Shown here: positions 1 to 10,035 of the stretch, in pieces
Layout: each line of letters opens with the position of its first letter
Numbering within the stretch: the stretch's first letter is position 1
From: Alphaproteobacteria bacterium
GTDB lineage: Bacteria; Pseudomonadota; Alphaproteobacteria; SHVV01
Assembly (NCBI GenBank): GCA_965261735.1
Contig: OZ253470.1
Span: 96,001-160,000, forward strand
DNA: 64,000 bases
Direction: 5' to 3'
The notes under the pieces: model-generated
What the model was told of the DNA's origin: nothing
What the model saw: only the letters and a program-made list of their open reading frames with translations
Database searches by the model: none
Position numbers and translations under genes: made by a program

Positions 1-265
1 TGATCGAGCCAGCGCTCGACGAGGCCGGCCATGGCGGGCCGCGCCGTTCGCCGCCGCGTCCCTGGGAGCGCGAAGTGGTGGTTGTCGACGGCATCATCGA
101 TCGCCCGCATCGCCGCGTAGCAGGAAAGGAACAGCGCCTGTTTCACCCCGGGTCGCCGAGGCCGCGGGCTACGACACCCAGGTGGCTCGTGCGGGCGGTG
201 GCGATGCGCTCGCAATGCGCGAGGGCGCCACTGTCTCCCTCGGTGCCCAGCGGGCTCGCTATCAC
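1..265 (-). pseudogene. 5' part of a squalene/phytoene synthase-family gene, apparently frameshifted near 146-152; runs off the window edge
   Basis: Minus strand reads GTG(265)...ALAHCERIATARTSHLGVVARGLGDPG-TGA, then in a shifted frame VKQALFLSCYAAMRAIDDAVDNHHF..., which contains the YxxxRxxDDxxD isoprenoid synthase motif. An intact gene starting at GTG 146 is also possible. Confidence 0.45.
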
Positions 266-402
266 CGCGATTTGTCAGCTCCCTAAAGCGGGCACCGGGG
301 CCATATTGGCCGTCCCAGGGTAAATTATTGCCGCGACTGCGTTAATCGGTATAATTCCCCGATATCGGTCGCTCGCACCAAGACATGGGGGGGTAAAAAG
401 TC

Positions 403-507
403 ATGAAGAACCCGCTTGAGTCGCTCCCAAGCACGATCATCATGGGGCTGATTCTCACCGTCATCATGGTCATCGTCGTTCAATGGATCGGAGCTCCCGC
501 GACATAG
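403..507 (+). CDS. 34-aa single-pass membrane protein (MKNPLESLPSTIIMGLILTVIMVIVVQWIGAPAT)
   Basis: ATG preceded by a G-rich SD-like run, one hydrophobic helix, host-like codon usage, 24 nt upstream of the co-oriented PuuD-like gene; below the ORF-track length cutoff. Confidence 0.6.
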   Translation: MKNPLESLPSTIIMGLILTVIMVIVVQWIGAPAT

Positions 508-531
508 CGCCGGCAGCGAGGGAGAAAGACA

Positions 532-1041
532 ATGGAATTCATCGATTATAGCTGGTGGACCTTTTTGGTGCGCTGGCTGCACGTGCTGAGCGGCGTCATG
601 TGGATTGGCCTGCTGTGGTACTTCAATTTCGTGCAGATCCCGTCGATGCCGAAGATCCCCGACGAGCAGAAGCCGGCGATCGGCAAAGTTATCGCGCCCG
701 CCGCCCTGTTCTGGTTCCGGTGGGCCGCGATGTCGACGATTGGGTTCGGCATCCTGCTGGCTCTACTCAACGAGTACTTCATCGACGCCGTGATCATCGG
801 CCTCGGCAGCGGCGATCCCAAGCATGTCTCCATCGGTATCGGCATGTGGCTAGGCACGATCATGTGGGCCAACGTGTGGTTCGTAATCTGGCCCAATCAG
901 CAAAAGGCCCTCGGCCTGGTCGAAGTCCCGGCGGAGGAGAAGCCCAAGGCGGCACGGATGGCGATGCTCGGCTCGCGCACCAACACGATGCTGTCGATCC
1001 CCATGCTGTATGCCATGGTGTCGGCCCAGAACATCTACTGA
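532..1041 (+). CDS. Urate hydroxylase PuuD-like (Urate_ox_N) membrane protein without a cytochrome c domain
   Basis: Motifs RWLHVLSGVMWIGLLWYFNF, FWFRWAA, NVWFVIWPNQ, SRTNTMLSIPM; SD GGAG upstream. Confidence 0.8.
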   Translation: MEFIDYSWWTFLVRWLHVLSGVMWIGLLWYFNFVQIPSMPKIPDEQKPAIGKVIAPAALFWFRWAAMSTIGFGILLALLNEYFIDAVIIGLGSGDPKHVSIGIGMWLGTIMWANVWFVIWPNQQKALGLVEVPAEEKPKAARMAMLGSRTNTMLSIPMLYAMVSAQNIY

Positions 1042-1061
1042 GGCTGGCTTGCGCAACATCT

Positions 1062-1092
1062 GGCGGGGGCCTTCGGGCCCCCGTCTTTTTTT
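1062..1092 (+). terminator. Rho-independent terminator
   Basis: GGCGGGGGCC-TTCG-GGCCCCCGTC stem-loop followed by T7, between convergent genes. Confidence 0.85.
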
Positions 1093-1106
1093 GTGCGCCG
1101 CGGCAG

Positions 1107-2054
1107 TTAGGCGGGTTGTGTTCCGGGCTCGGTGTCCTCGGCCCGAACGGCCGGGCGCAGCTTGAAGTAAGTGAGGATGGGGGCCGCGATGAACACCGAC
1201 GAGTAGGTGCCGATAATGACGCCCCAGATCATCGCCAATGTGAAGCCGGCGATAACTTCGCCCCCGAAGAGATAAAGGGCCGCGAGCGCGAGCAGCGTGG
1301 TCGTCGATGTCATGGTCGTGCGCGACAACGTATCGTTGACGCTGACGTCGAGCAGCTCGACGAGCGGCATGGCCTTGTATTTGCGGAGGTTTTCGCGCAC
1401 GCGGTCGTACACGACCACCGTATCGTTCATCGAGTAGCCGATGATGGCGAGGACGGCGGCGATAATCGAGAGATTGAACTCGAGCCGCACCACCGCGAAC
1501 AAGCCGATGGTCAGGAGGACATCGTGGATCAGGGCGACCACCGAGCCCAGGGCGAATTGCCACTCGAAGCGAAACCAGATGTAGATGAGCATCGCGATCA
1601 ACGCGAGCGCGAGCGCGGTCGCCCCCGCCGTTACCAGTTCGCGGCTCACCTGGGGGCCGACGAACTCGACGCGGCGGTACTCGATCCCGGCGCCGATATC
1701 GCGCGCCAACGCCTCCTTGACGACGTCAATGGCCTTCTGCTGCGCCGTCGCATCGCCTGGCTGGCGCTCGATACGAATCAACACGTCGTTGGGTGCGCCG
1801 AACTCCTGCAGCGCCACCTCTCCGAGGCCGAGGCTCGACAACGAAGCCCGCACGGCGGCCGTATCGGCCGACGGTGGGGTCCTCGCCTCGATCATGATGC
1901 CGCCGCGGAAATCAATCCCGTAGTTGAGGCCAACGGCGAGGAAGATGACGACGGAGGCGACGGCGAGGGCGGACGATGTGACGAGCGCGGCGAAGCGCCA
2001 GCGCATGAAGGGCACGCTGGTCTTCTCGGCAACGAGCCTCAGCTTGAACATCAC
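1107..2054 (-). CDS. secF: Protein translocase subunit SecF
   Basis: GLNYGIDFRGG, VEFVGPQV, IIGYSMNDTVVVYDRVREN, GTYSSVFIA motifs; follows secD. Confidence 0.97.
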   Translation of the reverse strand: MMFKLRLVAEKTSVPFMRWRFAALVTSSALAVASVVIFLAVGLNYGIDFRGGIMIEARTPPSADTAAVRASLSSLGLGEVALQEFGAPNDVLIRIERQPGDATAQQKAIDVVKEALARDIGAGIEYRRVEFVGPQVSRELVTAGATALALALIAMLIYIWFRFEWQFALGSVVALIHDVLLTIGLFAVVRLEFNLSIIAAVLAIIGYSMNDTVVVYDRVRENLRKYKAMPLVELLDVSVNDTLSRTTMTSTTTLLALAALYLFGGEVIAGFTLAMIWGVIIGTYSSVFIAAPILTYFKLRPAVRAEDTEPGTQPA

Positions 2055-2060
2055 CCCACC

Positions 2061-3680
2061 CTAAATCGGTAGCACCGCCGGGCGCGTCCGGCGCAACCAT
2101 TGCACGAGCAGCAATCGGGTCAGCAGCACCGCCGTGAACACCGAGGTGAGAATGCCGATGCTGAGCGTCACGCCAAACCCCTTGACCGGCCCCGAGCCCA
2201 TGAAGAACAGGATGAATGCGGCGATGAACGTTGTGATGTTCGCGTCCATGATGGTTCGGAAGGCCTGGCGGTAGCCCGCCTCCATGGCTGCGAACGGCGT
2301 CTTGCCGGTGCGCATTTCCTCGCGGATGCGCTCGAACACGAGGACGTTCGCATCCACCGCCATGCCGATGGTGAGCACGATGCCGGCAATCCCCGGGAGC
2401 GTCAGCGTTGCCTGCAGCACCGACAGGGCGCCACCGATGATCACCACGTTGACGAGGAGGGCGACGTCGGCGGCGAGCCCGAATAGCCCGTAGGCCAGCA
2501 CCATGAACACCATGACGAGGACAAAACCGACAATCCCCGCGACCTTGCCGGCAGCGACGGAATCGGCACCCAAACCCGGGCCGACCGTGCGCTCCTCGAG
2601 GATCTTGAGCGGTGCCGGCAGCGCGCCGGCGCGCAGCAGGACCGAGAGATCGTTGGCCTCCTGCGGCGAAAATCGGCCGCTAATCTGGCCCGAGCCACCC
2701 AGGATAGGCTCGCGGATCACCGGCGCACTGATGACTTTCCCGTCGAGCACGATGGCGAAGGGTCGACCGACGTTGTTGCGCGTGACTTCGCCGAAGCGTT
2801 TGGCGCCCACGGAATCAAAGCGGAAGGAGACGACCGGTTGGCCGGTCCGCGAATCGAAGGTCGGTTGGGCGTCGACGAGCCGGTCGCCCGAGACCAGGAC
2901 GCGCTTGCGCACGACGTATTGGATCGGCTGCCCGGCGGAATCGATCTCGGATTCATCATCGAGGAGCTCCGAGCCCGGCGACAGGCGCCCCGCGCGAGCG
3001 TCGGCCACCGAGGCGTTGGCGTCGACCATGCGGAACACCATCTTTGCGGTCCGCCCGAGCAGGCGTTTGATGCGGTCGGGGTCGTCGATGCCCGGGAGCT
3101 GCACCAGGATTCGGTCCGCGCCCTGGCGCTGAATCGTTGGCTCGCGCACACCGGTTTCGTCGATGCGCCGGCGCACGATCTCGATCGATTGGGTGACTGC
3201 CGAATCGATCCAGACCTTGATCGCCTCATCGGTGACGTTGAGCGCGATGGCGCCGTCGGACTGCGTATCGACCTCGATATCGCGGCCGCCCACGCCGAAC
3301 ACGCCGCTACTCACGGGCGCCGCCAAGGCGCGCAGCAGATCGCGCGCACGATCGATGTCGCCCGGATCGCGTAGCCGCAACGTCACGGCGCGGCCCCTGG
3401 TGCCGAGGCCGGTATATCCGATACGCGCACCCCTGAGCTCGGCGCGGGTCGAATCGACGAACGACTGGAGCCGTTCCCCGATCAACGCGTTGACGTCGAC
3501 CTCGAGGAGCAGGTGCGAGCCGCCCTGGAGGTCGAGTCCGAGGCTGATCTGCTTGTGGGGCAGCCACGTGGGTAAGCTCGCGGCCTGACGGGAACCGAGG
3601 AAATTAGGAGCGACGAAGGCCAACCCCACGGCGCACACAGCGACGACGAGAATGATCTTCCAGTTGGCGAAATACAGCAT
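2061..3680 (-). CDS. secD: Protein translocase subunit SecD
   Basis: LGLDLQGG, RILVQLPG, LRAGALPAPL, GMAVDANVLVFERIREE motifs. Confidence 0.97.
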   Translation of the reverse strand: MLYFANWKIILVVAVCAVGLAFVAPNFLGSRQAASLPTWLPHKQISLGLDLQGGSHLLLEVDVNALIGERLQSFVDSTRAELRGARIGYTGLGTRGRAVTLRLRDPGDIDRARDLLRALAAPVSSGVFGVGGRDIEVDTQSDGAIALNVTDEAIKVWIDSAVTQSIEIVRRRIDETGVREPTIQRQGADRILVQLPGIDDPDRIKRLLGRTAKMVFRMVDANASVADARAGRLSPGSELLDDESEIDSAGQPIQYVVRKRVLVSGDRLVDAQPTFDSRTGQPVVSFRFDSVGAKRFGEVTRNNVGRPFAIVLDGKVISAPVIREPILGGSGQISGRFSPQEANDLSVLLRAGALPAPLKILEERTVGPGLGADSVAAGKVAGIVGFVLVMVFMVLAYGLFGLAADVALLVNVVIIGGALSVLQATLTLPGIAGIVLTIGMAVDANVLVFERIREEMRTGKTPFAAMEAGYRQAFRTIMDANITTFIAAFILFFMGSGPVKGFGVTLSIGILTSVFTAVLLTRLLLVQWLRRTRPAVLPI

Positions 3681-3735
3681 GGCCGCGGGTCAGGCCGCTG
3701 TGGCGGCGTCCTATCGAGTGCCGGCCCGACGCGCT

Positions 3736-4119
3736 CTAGGCGCTGTCGCGCTTCTTGTCATCTTCCTTGCGCCGCGCACCACGATCCTTCTTCTCCGGAT
3801 CGCTGACGGGTTCGGGCTTGGCGACGACGCTGGCGATGGTCGCGCTGGCGACCTGGACGCGGACGTTCTCGGCGATTTCGACCATCACGCGCCCGCCATC
3901 CAGTACCTTGGTCACGCGCCCCATGAGACCACCGCCGGTAACCACCTTGTCGCCGCGGTGAAGGCTCGAGATCATCGACTCGTGGGCCTTGCGCTTCTGC
4001 TGCTGCGGTCGAAACAGCAGGAAGTAGAACACCACCACGATAAGAACCAACGGCAGGATCTGGACGAAATCAAACCCGGCACCGCCGGCGGCCTGGGCAA
4101 AGGCCGGGGAAATAAACAT
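3736..4119 (-). CDS. yajC: Preprotein translocase subunit YajC
   Basis: MFISPAFAQ...FYFLLFRPQQ...GDKVVTGGGLMG; SD AGGAG before ATG 4119; upstream of secD. Confidence 0.95.
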   Translation of the reverse strand: MFISPAFAQAAGGAGFDFVQILPLVLIVVVFYFLLFRPQQQKRKAHESMISSLHRGDKVVTGGGLMGRVTKVLDGGRVMVEIAENVRVQVASATIASVVAKPEPVSDPEKKDRGARRKEDDKKRDSA

Positions 4120-4308
4120 CGGTCGCTCCTCGCGCTCCAGTGCCGGAATTCGCCGGACTATAGCGGCAGCCCTTTCGATTGCAAACAAGTAGCGCCGGCC
4201 TTGCGCGCCGCCTGCGCCTCGCACCGGTTGACCGGCACCCGCTTTGTGCTAGGGTCCGCCGGCGCGCCCCGCTCGGGCCGTCAACCAGGCGTTTTAAGCC
4301 GTTTGACC

Positions 4309-5172
4309 GTGTCACAATCCGACTTGCAGCCTGTGCTGGAGCGCATCGCCAGGGCGCTGGAGCAACTCAGAACGCCGCCGCCCTCGCCGCAGGCCACGCT
4401 GGCCGGCGAGGCGTTCGTATGGGATGCCGAATCGAGCGGGTTCGAGGCGGTCGAACAGGTCAGCCACGTCGCGCTCGATCTTCTCATCGGCATCGACCAT
4501 GTGCGCGACATCCTGCTCACGAATACGCGCCGCTTTGCCGCTGGGCTGCCAGCCAACAACGCGCTTCTGTGGGGCGCGCGGGGCATGGGCAAGAGCTCTC
4601 TGGTCAAGGCCGTGCACGGCGCCGTCAACGAGCGAGCCTCGGCGCCCCTGGCCCTGATCGAGATTCACCGCGAGGACGTGGATTCGCTCCCGCGCCTGCT
4701 CAAGCTGCTGCGGACGAGCGAGCGACAATGTCTGTTGTTCTGCGACGACCTCTCGTTCGGTGGGCAGGATACGAGCTACAAGTCCCTCAAGGCGGTGCTC
4801 GAAGGCGGTATCGAGGGGCGCCCCGCCAACACCATCTTCTACGCCACGTCGAACCGTCGCCATCTCATGCCCCGCGACATGATCGAGAACGAGCGCTCGA
4901 CGGCCATTAACCCGTCCGAGTCGGTCGACGAGAAGGTCTCGCTATCGGACCGGTTCGGGCTGTGGCTCGGCTTTCACGCGTGCAGCCAGGATGACTATTT
5001 GGCGATCGTCGCTTCCTACGCGGCGCATCTTGGCCTCGAGATCGCGCCCGACGCCCTGCGCGCCCAGGCGATCGAGTGGTCGCAGACCCGTGGCGCGCGC
5101 TCCGGCCGCGTCGGCTGGCAGTTCATCCAGGACTTGGCCGGCCGCCTGGGTGTAGCCATGGACGCGGGCTGA
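4309..5172 (+). CDS. DUF815-family AAA+ ATP-binding protein
   Basis: NNALLWGARGMGKSS Walker A, FCDDLSF, YATSNRRHL, EKVSLSDRFGL, RSGRVGWQF; start taken at GTG 4309. Confidence 0.9.
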   Translation: MSQSDLQPVLERIARALEQLRTPPPSPQATLAGEAFVWDAESSGFEAVEQVSHVALDLLIGIDHVRDILLTNTRRFAAGLPANNALLWGARGMGKSSLVKAVHGAVNERASAPLALIEIHREDVDSLPRLLKLLRTSERQCLLFCDDLSFGGQDTSYKSLKAVLEGGIEGRPANTIFYATSNRRHLMPRDMIENERSTAINPSESVDEKVSLSDRFGLWLGFHACSQDDYLAIVASYAAHLGLEIAPDALRAQAIEWSQTRGARSGRVGWQFIQDLAGRLGVAMDAG

Positions 5173-6106
5173 GGCGCGAGGTACGCCGCGGCAGGTACGA
5201 GAGCGGATCGACCACTTCGGTCCCTTTGCGTATCTCGAAATGGAGCTGCGGCGCGCCCACGCTGCCGCTGGCGCCGGCGTGGGCGATGGCCTCTCCTTGG
5301 CGCACCCTCTGGCCGCGCGCGACCAGTAGCCTGTCGTTGTGCGCGTAGGCGGTCATCCAGCCGCCGTCGTGGCGCACCAGCAAGAGGTGGCCAAAGCCGC
5401 GCAACTCGTTGCCCGCGTAAACCACGACGCCCGTGCGAGCGACCCGGACCGGCATCCCCCGCGCTACCGCGATATTGATGCCGTCATTGTGCAGTCCACC
5501 GGGCTTGGGCCCGAACTCCGACAGGATGCGACCATCGACCGGCCACGAGAATTCGGCTGCGGCGCGGGGCACGCTAGGGGTCGCGGGCGGGGCGCGTGCG
5601 ATTTGTGCACTCGGCGCGGGCGGCCCGGGCGGCGCACGAGGGGCCGGCACCCGGGCCGCGCTGACGCCGGGCAGGCGGAGGCGCTGCCCTATGGTGATCG
5701 TGTGCGGTGGCTTGAGGCCGTTGGCGCGGACCAGGCTGAACATGTCGAGACCGTAGCGTCGCGAAATGGCGTAGACGGTGTCACCCGCCGCGACGGTGTG
5801 GAATCGGGACCGCGGAACGCGCAGGGTACGGCCGACCGCCAGGACATAAGGCGGCGTCAGGCCGTTGGCCTTGATCAGCCCGCGTACCGAGGTGTTGGCG
5901 CGCCCGGCAACACTGTAGAGCGTATCGCCGCGGGCCACGACGATGCCCACCTCCTCCGCTGTAGATGCAGATTTGGGAGGCGGAGCCAGGCCCTTGAGCA
6001 CCACGGGAGCGGGCGCGCTACGCGCGCAGCCCGCGAGCATCGCTACGGCGACGATGGCCGAAGCGACCGCGAGCCGGCCGCCGGGCCCGCTAGTCCCGCA
6101 CCACAC
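5123..6106 (-). CDS. nlpD: LysM/M23 lipoprotein (NlpD-like)
   Basis: Lipobox LAGC, two LysM repeats (GDTLYSVA, GDTVYAIS), M23 motifs HNDGINI, YAHN, LHFEIR; surE-pcm-nlpD synteny; start uncertain. Confidence 0.85.
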   Translation of the reverse strand: MWCGTSGPGGRLAVASAIVAVAMLAGCARSAPAPVVLKGLAPPPKSASTAEEVGIVVARGDTLYSVAGRANTSVRGLIKANGLTPPYVLAVGRTLRVPRSRFHTVAAGDTVYAISRRYGLDMFSLVRANGLKPPHTITIGQRLRLPGVSAARVPAPRAPPGPPAPSAQIARAPPATPSVPRAAAEFSWPVDGRILSEFGPKPGGLHNDGINIAVARGMPVRVARTGVVVYAGNELRGFGHLLLVRHDGGWMTAYAHNDRLLVARGQRVRQGEAIAHAGASGSVGAPQLHFEIRKGTEVVDPLSYLPRRTSRLSPRPWLHPGGRPSPG

Positions 6107-6728
6107 CTTCGACCAGGGGAACGAAGCGAACGGGCAGCAGTTCCTCGCACTCATAGCCGTCATCGCGGCGCGTGACGCGCACGAGCTGCTGGCTCCAGCC
6201 GCTCTCTCCGACCGGCAGCACCATGATGCCGTCGGGAGTGAGCTGGTCGACGAGCGCGGGCGGGATTTCGGCCGCCGCCGCGGTGGCGATGATGCGGTCG
6301 AAGGGCGCCTGCTCTGGCCAGCCCTTGGCGCCGTCGCCGTGGCGCGTCGTGATATTGCTGATGCCGAGCTCGGCGAAGCGGCCCTCGGCGTCCTTGAGGA
6401 GCGAGCGGTAGCGCTCGATCGTGTAGAGCCGACGGCACAACCTGGCCAGCACGGCCGCCTGATAGCCCGAGCCGGTGCCGACCTCGAGCACGCGCGCCCG
6501 CTCGCCCACCCTCAGGGCCTCGGACATGAACGCTACGACGAAGGGCTGGCTCACGGTCTGGCCGTGGCTGATCGGCAACGCCGTGTTGTCGTAGGCGCGC
6601 TCGGCGAAGCTCGGCGGGACGAACAGCTCGCGCGGCACGCGCTCGAGGGCCGAAAGCACGCGGGTATCGCTGATGCCCTCCTGACGGAGCTCCATGATCA
6701 GCCGTATGATCCGGGCGTCGTCGGTCAC
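6090..6728 (-). CDS. pcm: Protein-L-isoaspartate O-methyltransferase
   Basis: GQTVSQP, VLEVGTGSGYQAA, GWPEQAPFDRII; GTG start overlaps the surE stop (GTGA). Confidence 0.95.
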   Translation of the reverse strand: MTDDARIIRLIMELRQEGISDTRVLSALERVPRELFVPPSFAERAYDNTALPISHGQTVSQPFVVAFMSEALRVGERARVLEVGTGSGYQAAVLARLCRRLYTIERYRSLLKDAEGRFAELGISNITTRHGDGAKGWPEQAPFDRIIATAAAAEIPPALVDQLTPDGIMVLPVGESGWSQQLVRVTRRDDGYECEELLPVRFVPLVEGVVRD

Positions 6729-7510
6729 GCAAGCGCATCCTTCAGCTTCCGGCGCGTGGCACGATGGGTGAGGTCGAGCTGCAGCGGCGTGACCGAGATG
6801 CGGCCGGCGGCGTTGGCCGCAAGATCGGTGCCGCGATCGCCGTCGCCGAAGTGGCGGCGAAAGCCGACCCAGTAATACGGGACCCGGCGGGTGTCGAGAC
6901 GCTCGTCCACGACCAGGTCCGAGACGTCGCGCCGCCCCTGCCGGGTGATCTCGACACCGGTGACGCTGGCCGCGATCAGGTTGGGGAAGTTGACGTTGAG
7001 GAGCACGTGGTGCGTCCAGCCGGCCTCCAGGAGCTTGCGGATCAGAGCGGGCCCATGATGCGCGGCTGTCGCCCATTTGACCGGATGGGGATAGCGAAAG
7101 ACCTGGCTCAGGGCGATGGAGGGAACACCCAGCAGCGTGCCCTCCATCGCGGCGGCGATGGTGCCGGAGTAGGTGATATCGTCGGCCAGGTTGGCGCCCC
7201 GGTTCACCCCCGAGAGCAGGAGCGAGGGGCGCTTGTCTTTGAGGATACTGGAGACGGCCATCACGACGGCATCGGTCGGCGTGCCGTGCACGGCGAAACG
7301 GCGCTTGGAGAGCTGGCGCAAGCGCAGCGGTTCGCGTAGCGTCAGCGAGTGCGACACGGCGCTCTGTTCGGTCTCGGGCGCCACCACCCAAACGTCGTCG
7401 CTCAGCGTGCGCGCGATCCTTTCCAGCGCGCGCAGCCCAGGCGAGCGGATGCCGTCATCGTTCGATAGCAAAATCCGTAGGTCGGAAAAGTCGGTTCCGC
7501 GCCTAGCCAT
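6725..7510 (-). CDS. surE: 5'/3'-nucleotidase SurE
   Basis: [37 protein letters not shown]. Confidence 0.97.
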   Translation of the reverse strand: MARRGTDFSDLRILLSNDDGIRSPGLRALERIARTLSDDVWVVAPETEQSAVSHSLTLREPLRLRQLSKRRFAVHGTPTDAVVMAVSSILKDKRPSLLLSGVNRGANLADDITYSGTIAAAMEGTLLGVPSIALSQVFRYPHPVKWATAAHHGPALIRKLLEAGWTHHVLLNVNFPNLIAASVTGVEITRQGRRDVSDLVVDERLDTRRVPYYWVGFRRHFGDGDRGTDLAANAAGRISVTPLQLDLTHRATRRKLKDALA

Positions 7511-8780
7511 CGGGAGCGATTAATTCGAGGCCATCCATGTAGGGACGCAGTGCCGCGGGAACGCAAACCGTGCCATCGGCATTCTGGTAGTTCTCCAGCA
7601 CCGCGATGAGCGTGCGCCCTACCGCAAGAGCCGAGCCATTGAGGGTGTGGACGAAGATCGTGCGCTTTTCGCCGGCGGTGCGATAGCGGGCGTTCATGCG
7701 CCGGGCCTGGAAGTCGCCGCAGTTCGAGCAGCTCGAAATCTCGCGGTACGTCCCCTGCCCCGGCAGCCAGACCTCGATGTCGTAGGTCTTGCGCGCGGCA
7801 AAGCCCATGTCGCCGGTACTGAGCACGACGGCGCGGTAGGGCAGCTCGAGGCGCTTGAGCACCTCCTCCGCCGCCTCCGTCATGCGCTCGTGCTCGGCCT
7901 CCGAGTCCGCAGGCCGCGTGATGCTGACGAGCTCGACCTTGTTGAACTGGTGCTGCCGGATCATACCGCGCGTGTCCTTGCCGGCCGCGCCCGCCTCGGC
8001 GCGAAAACACGGGGTCAACGCGGTGAAGCGCAGCGGCAGCGTGGCGCCATCGAGGATTTGCTCGCGCACGAGGTTGGTGAGCGGGACCTCGGCGGTGGGG
8101 ATCAGCCAGTGCCGATCGAGGGTCACAAAAAGGTCGGCCTCGAACTTCGGCAGCTGGCCGGTGCCGAACAGTGCGTCGTCGCGCACCAGAATCGGCGGCG
8201 ACACTTCGCGGTACCCGAACTCGGTCGTTTGCAAGTCGAGCATGAAGGCGCCGAGGGCGCGCTCGATGCGCGCCAGAGCCCCCTTGAGCACGACGAAGCG
8301 CGCGCCCGCCACGCGCGCCGCGGCCTCGAAGTCCATCATGCCGAGCGCTTCGCCGATCTCGAAGTGCTCCTTGGGCGCGAATTCAAAGGCTGGCGGCTCG
8401 CCGACCCGGCGCAGCTCCTCGTTAGCGCTCTCATCGGCGCCGACCGGCACGTCGTCCGCCGGCAGGTTAGGAAGGCCCGAGAGCAGCGTATCGAGCTCGG
8501 CCGACAGGGTGCGGGCGCGCTCCTCGCCCTCCTGAATCCGGCCTTTCAGCTCGGCGACGTCGGCCACTGCGGGCCCCGTATCGGCGCCCCGGCTCTTGGC
8601 CGCGCCGATGTCCTTCGACGCCTGGTTGCGGCGCGCCTGCATGTCCTGCAATTCAGTCTGGCAGGCCCGCAAGCGCGTGTCGATATCGAGGATTGCGGCG
8701 GCGTACGGCTCGAGGCCGCGCTTGGCGAGTCCTGCGTCAAACGCCTCCGGGTGGTCGCGGACCGTCTTGACGTCGAGCAT
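7503..8780 (-). CDS. serS: Serine--tRNA ligase
   Basis: [55 protein letters not shown]. Confidence 0.98.
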   Translation of the reverse strand: MLDVKTVRDHPEAFDAGLAKRGLEPYAAAILDIDTRLRACQTELQDMQARRNQASKDIGAAKSRGADTGPAVADVAELKGRIQEGEERARTLSAELDTLLSGLPNLPADDVPVGADESANEELRRVGEPPAFEFAPKEHFEIGEALGMMDFEAAARVAGARFVVLKGALARIERALGAFMLDLQTTEFGYREVSPPILVRDDALFGTGQLPKFEADLFVTLDRHWLIPTAEVPLTNLVREQILDGATLPLRFTALTPCFRAEAGAAGKDTRGMIRQHQFNKVELVSITRPADSEAEHERMTEAAEEVLKRLELPYRAVVLSTGDMGFAARKTYDIEVWLPGQGTYREISSCSNCGDFQARRMNARYRTAGEKRTIFVHTLNGSALAVGRTLIAVLENYQNADGTVCVPAALRPYMDGLELIAPDG

Positions 8781-8869
8781 CTATCAGAGAAGGTGTTGTG
8801 GCGATCCGGACCCCGGCGCCCGGGCGAGCCCTATATACGCGGCTATCCCGGCAGCGTCCACCGCGCCGC

Positions 8870-9661
8870 CTATGTCGAGGCCGCCCGTGCCTGCCTCTTC
8901 TCGACCACGCGCACGCACAGGATGGAGATTTCATAGAGCAGCAGGATCGGCACGCCGAGGCCGATCTGGCTGATCACGTCGGGCGGCGTCAGGATTGCCG
9001 CCGCGATAAAGGTGAGCACGATCGCATACTTGCGCTTGCTCGCCAGCGTTCGCGAGGTGACGAGGCCGGCGCGCCCCATCAGGGTGAGCACGACGGGGAG
9101 CTGGAAGCTCAGGCCGAAGGCGAAAATGAGCTTCATGACGAGCGACAGGTACTCGTTGACCTTGGGCTCGAGCTGAATTGCCAGAGCACCCTCCCCGCCC
9201 AGGGTCTCGAAACTGAGAAAGAAAGACCAGGCGAGCGGAAAAATGACGTAGTAGACGAGCGCCGCGCCGGTCACGAACAGCACCGGCGTGGCGACGAGAT
9301 AGGGCAGGAACGCCCTCCTCTCGTTCTTGTACAGCCCGGGCGCCACGAACATCCAGATCTGGCCGGCGACGACCGGAAAGGACAGGAAGGCGGCAGCGAA
9401 GAACGCGACCTTGAGATAGGTGAAGAAGGCCTCGTGCAGGCCCGTGTAGATCATGCGTCGCCCGGTCTCGCCCTCATAGAGATCGGCCAGCGGCTGCACC
9501 AGGAATGCGTAAATCTCTTCCGCGACCAGATAGGCCAGGATGAAGCCGACGAAGAGTGCTGCGGCGGAGTAGATGAGCCGCCCGCGCAGCTCGATGAGGT
9601 GGTCGAGCAGCGGCATCCTCGCGTCGTCGGCGGCGGTTTCTTCCGGCTTGCCTTCCGCCAC
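8870..9661 (-). CDS. tatC: Tat translocase subunit TatC
   Basis: [35 protein letters not shown]. Confidence 0.97.
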   Translation of the reverse strand: MAEGKPEETAADDARMPLLDHLIELRGRLIYSAAALFVGFILAYLVAEEIYAFLVQPLADLYEGETGRRMIYTGLHEAFFTYLKVAFFAAAFLSFPVVAGQIWMFVAPGLYKNERRAFLPYLVATPVLFVTGAALVYYVIFPLAWSFFLSFETLGGEGALAIQLEPKVNEYLSLVMKLIFAFGLSFQLPVVLTLMGRAGLVTSRTLASKRKYAIVLTFIAAAILTPPDVISQIGLGVPILLLYEISILCVRVVEKRQARAAST

Positions 9662-9664
9662 GGC

Positions 9665-10027
9665 TCAGGTCCCGACCTTGCGCGCGCTCTCGGCCGGGTC
9701 CTCCCGCGGCTCACCGCCACCCGCGCCCGCGTCTAGCTCATCGGTTGCGTCGAAAGCGCCGCTCGTCGTACCGGAAGGATCCATCACGTTTTCGATGGTG
9801 CCCGGGACGTCGATCCGTGCGGCGGCTTCCGCGGTCTTCTTGAGGTCCTCGAGATCCGCTTCGCGCGCGAGGTCGTCGAGGCTTCTATGAAATTCCTGCG
9901 CCATCCCGCGCATCTTGGCGACCCAGCGCCCGAAGGTGCGTAGGACCTGCGGGAGATCCTTCGGGCCGACAACGATGATCACGACCACCGCGATCATCAT
10001 CATCTCGGTCCAGCCGATGTCGAGCAT
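9665..10027 (-). CDS. tatB: Tat translocase subunit TatB
   Basis: MLDIGWTEMMMIAVVVIIVVGPKDLP. Confidence 0.95.
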   Translation of the reverse strand: MLDIGWTEMMMIAVVVIIVVGPKDLPQVLRTFGRWVAKMRGMAQEFHRSLDDLAREADLEDLKKTAEAAARIDVPGTIENVMDPSGTTSGAFDATDELDAGAGGGEPREDPAESARKVGT

Positions 10028-10035
10028 GATTATTC

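Noticed and set aside
555-2072. 505-aa plus-strand ORF
   Set aside because: Shadow of secF and the PuuD-like gene; long antisense ORFs are expected at this GC content.
5123-5172. 50-nt convergent overlap of nlpD and the DUF815 ATPase
   Set aside because: A low-complexity C-terminal run-on, common in GC-rich genomes.
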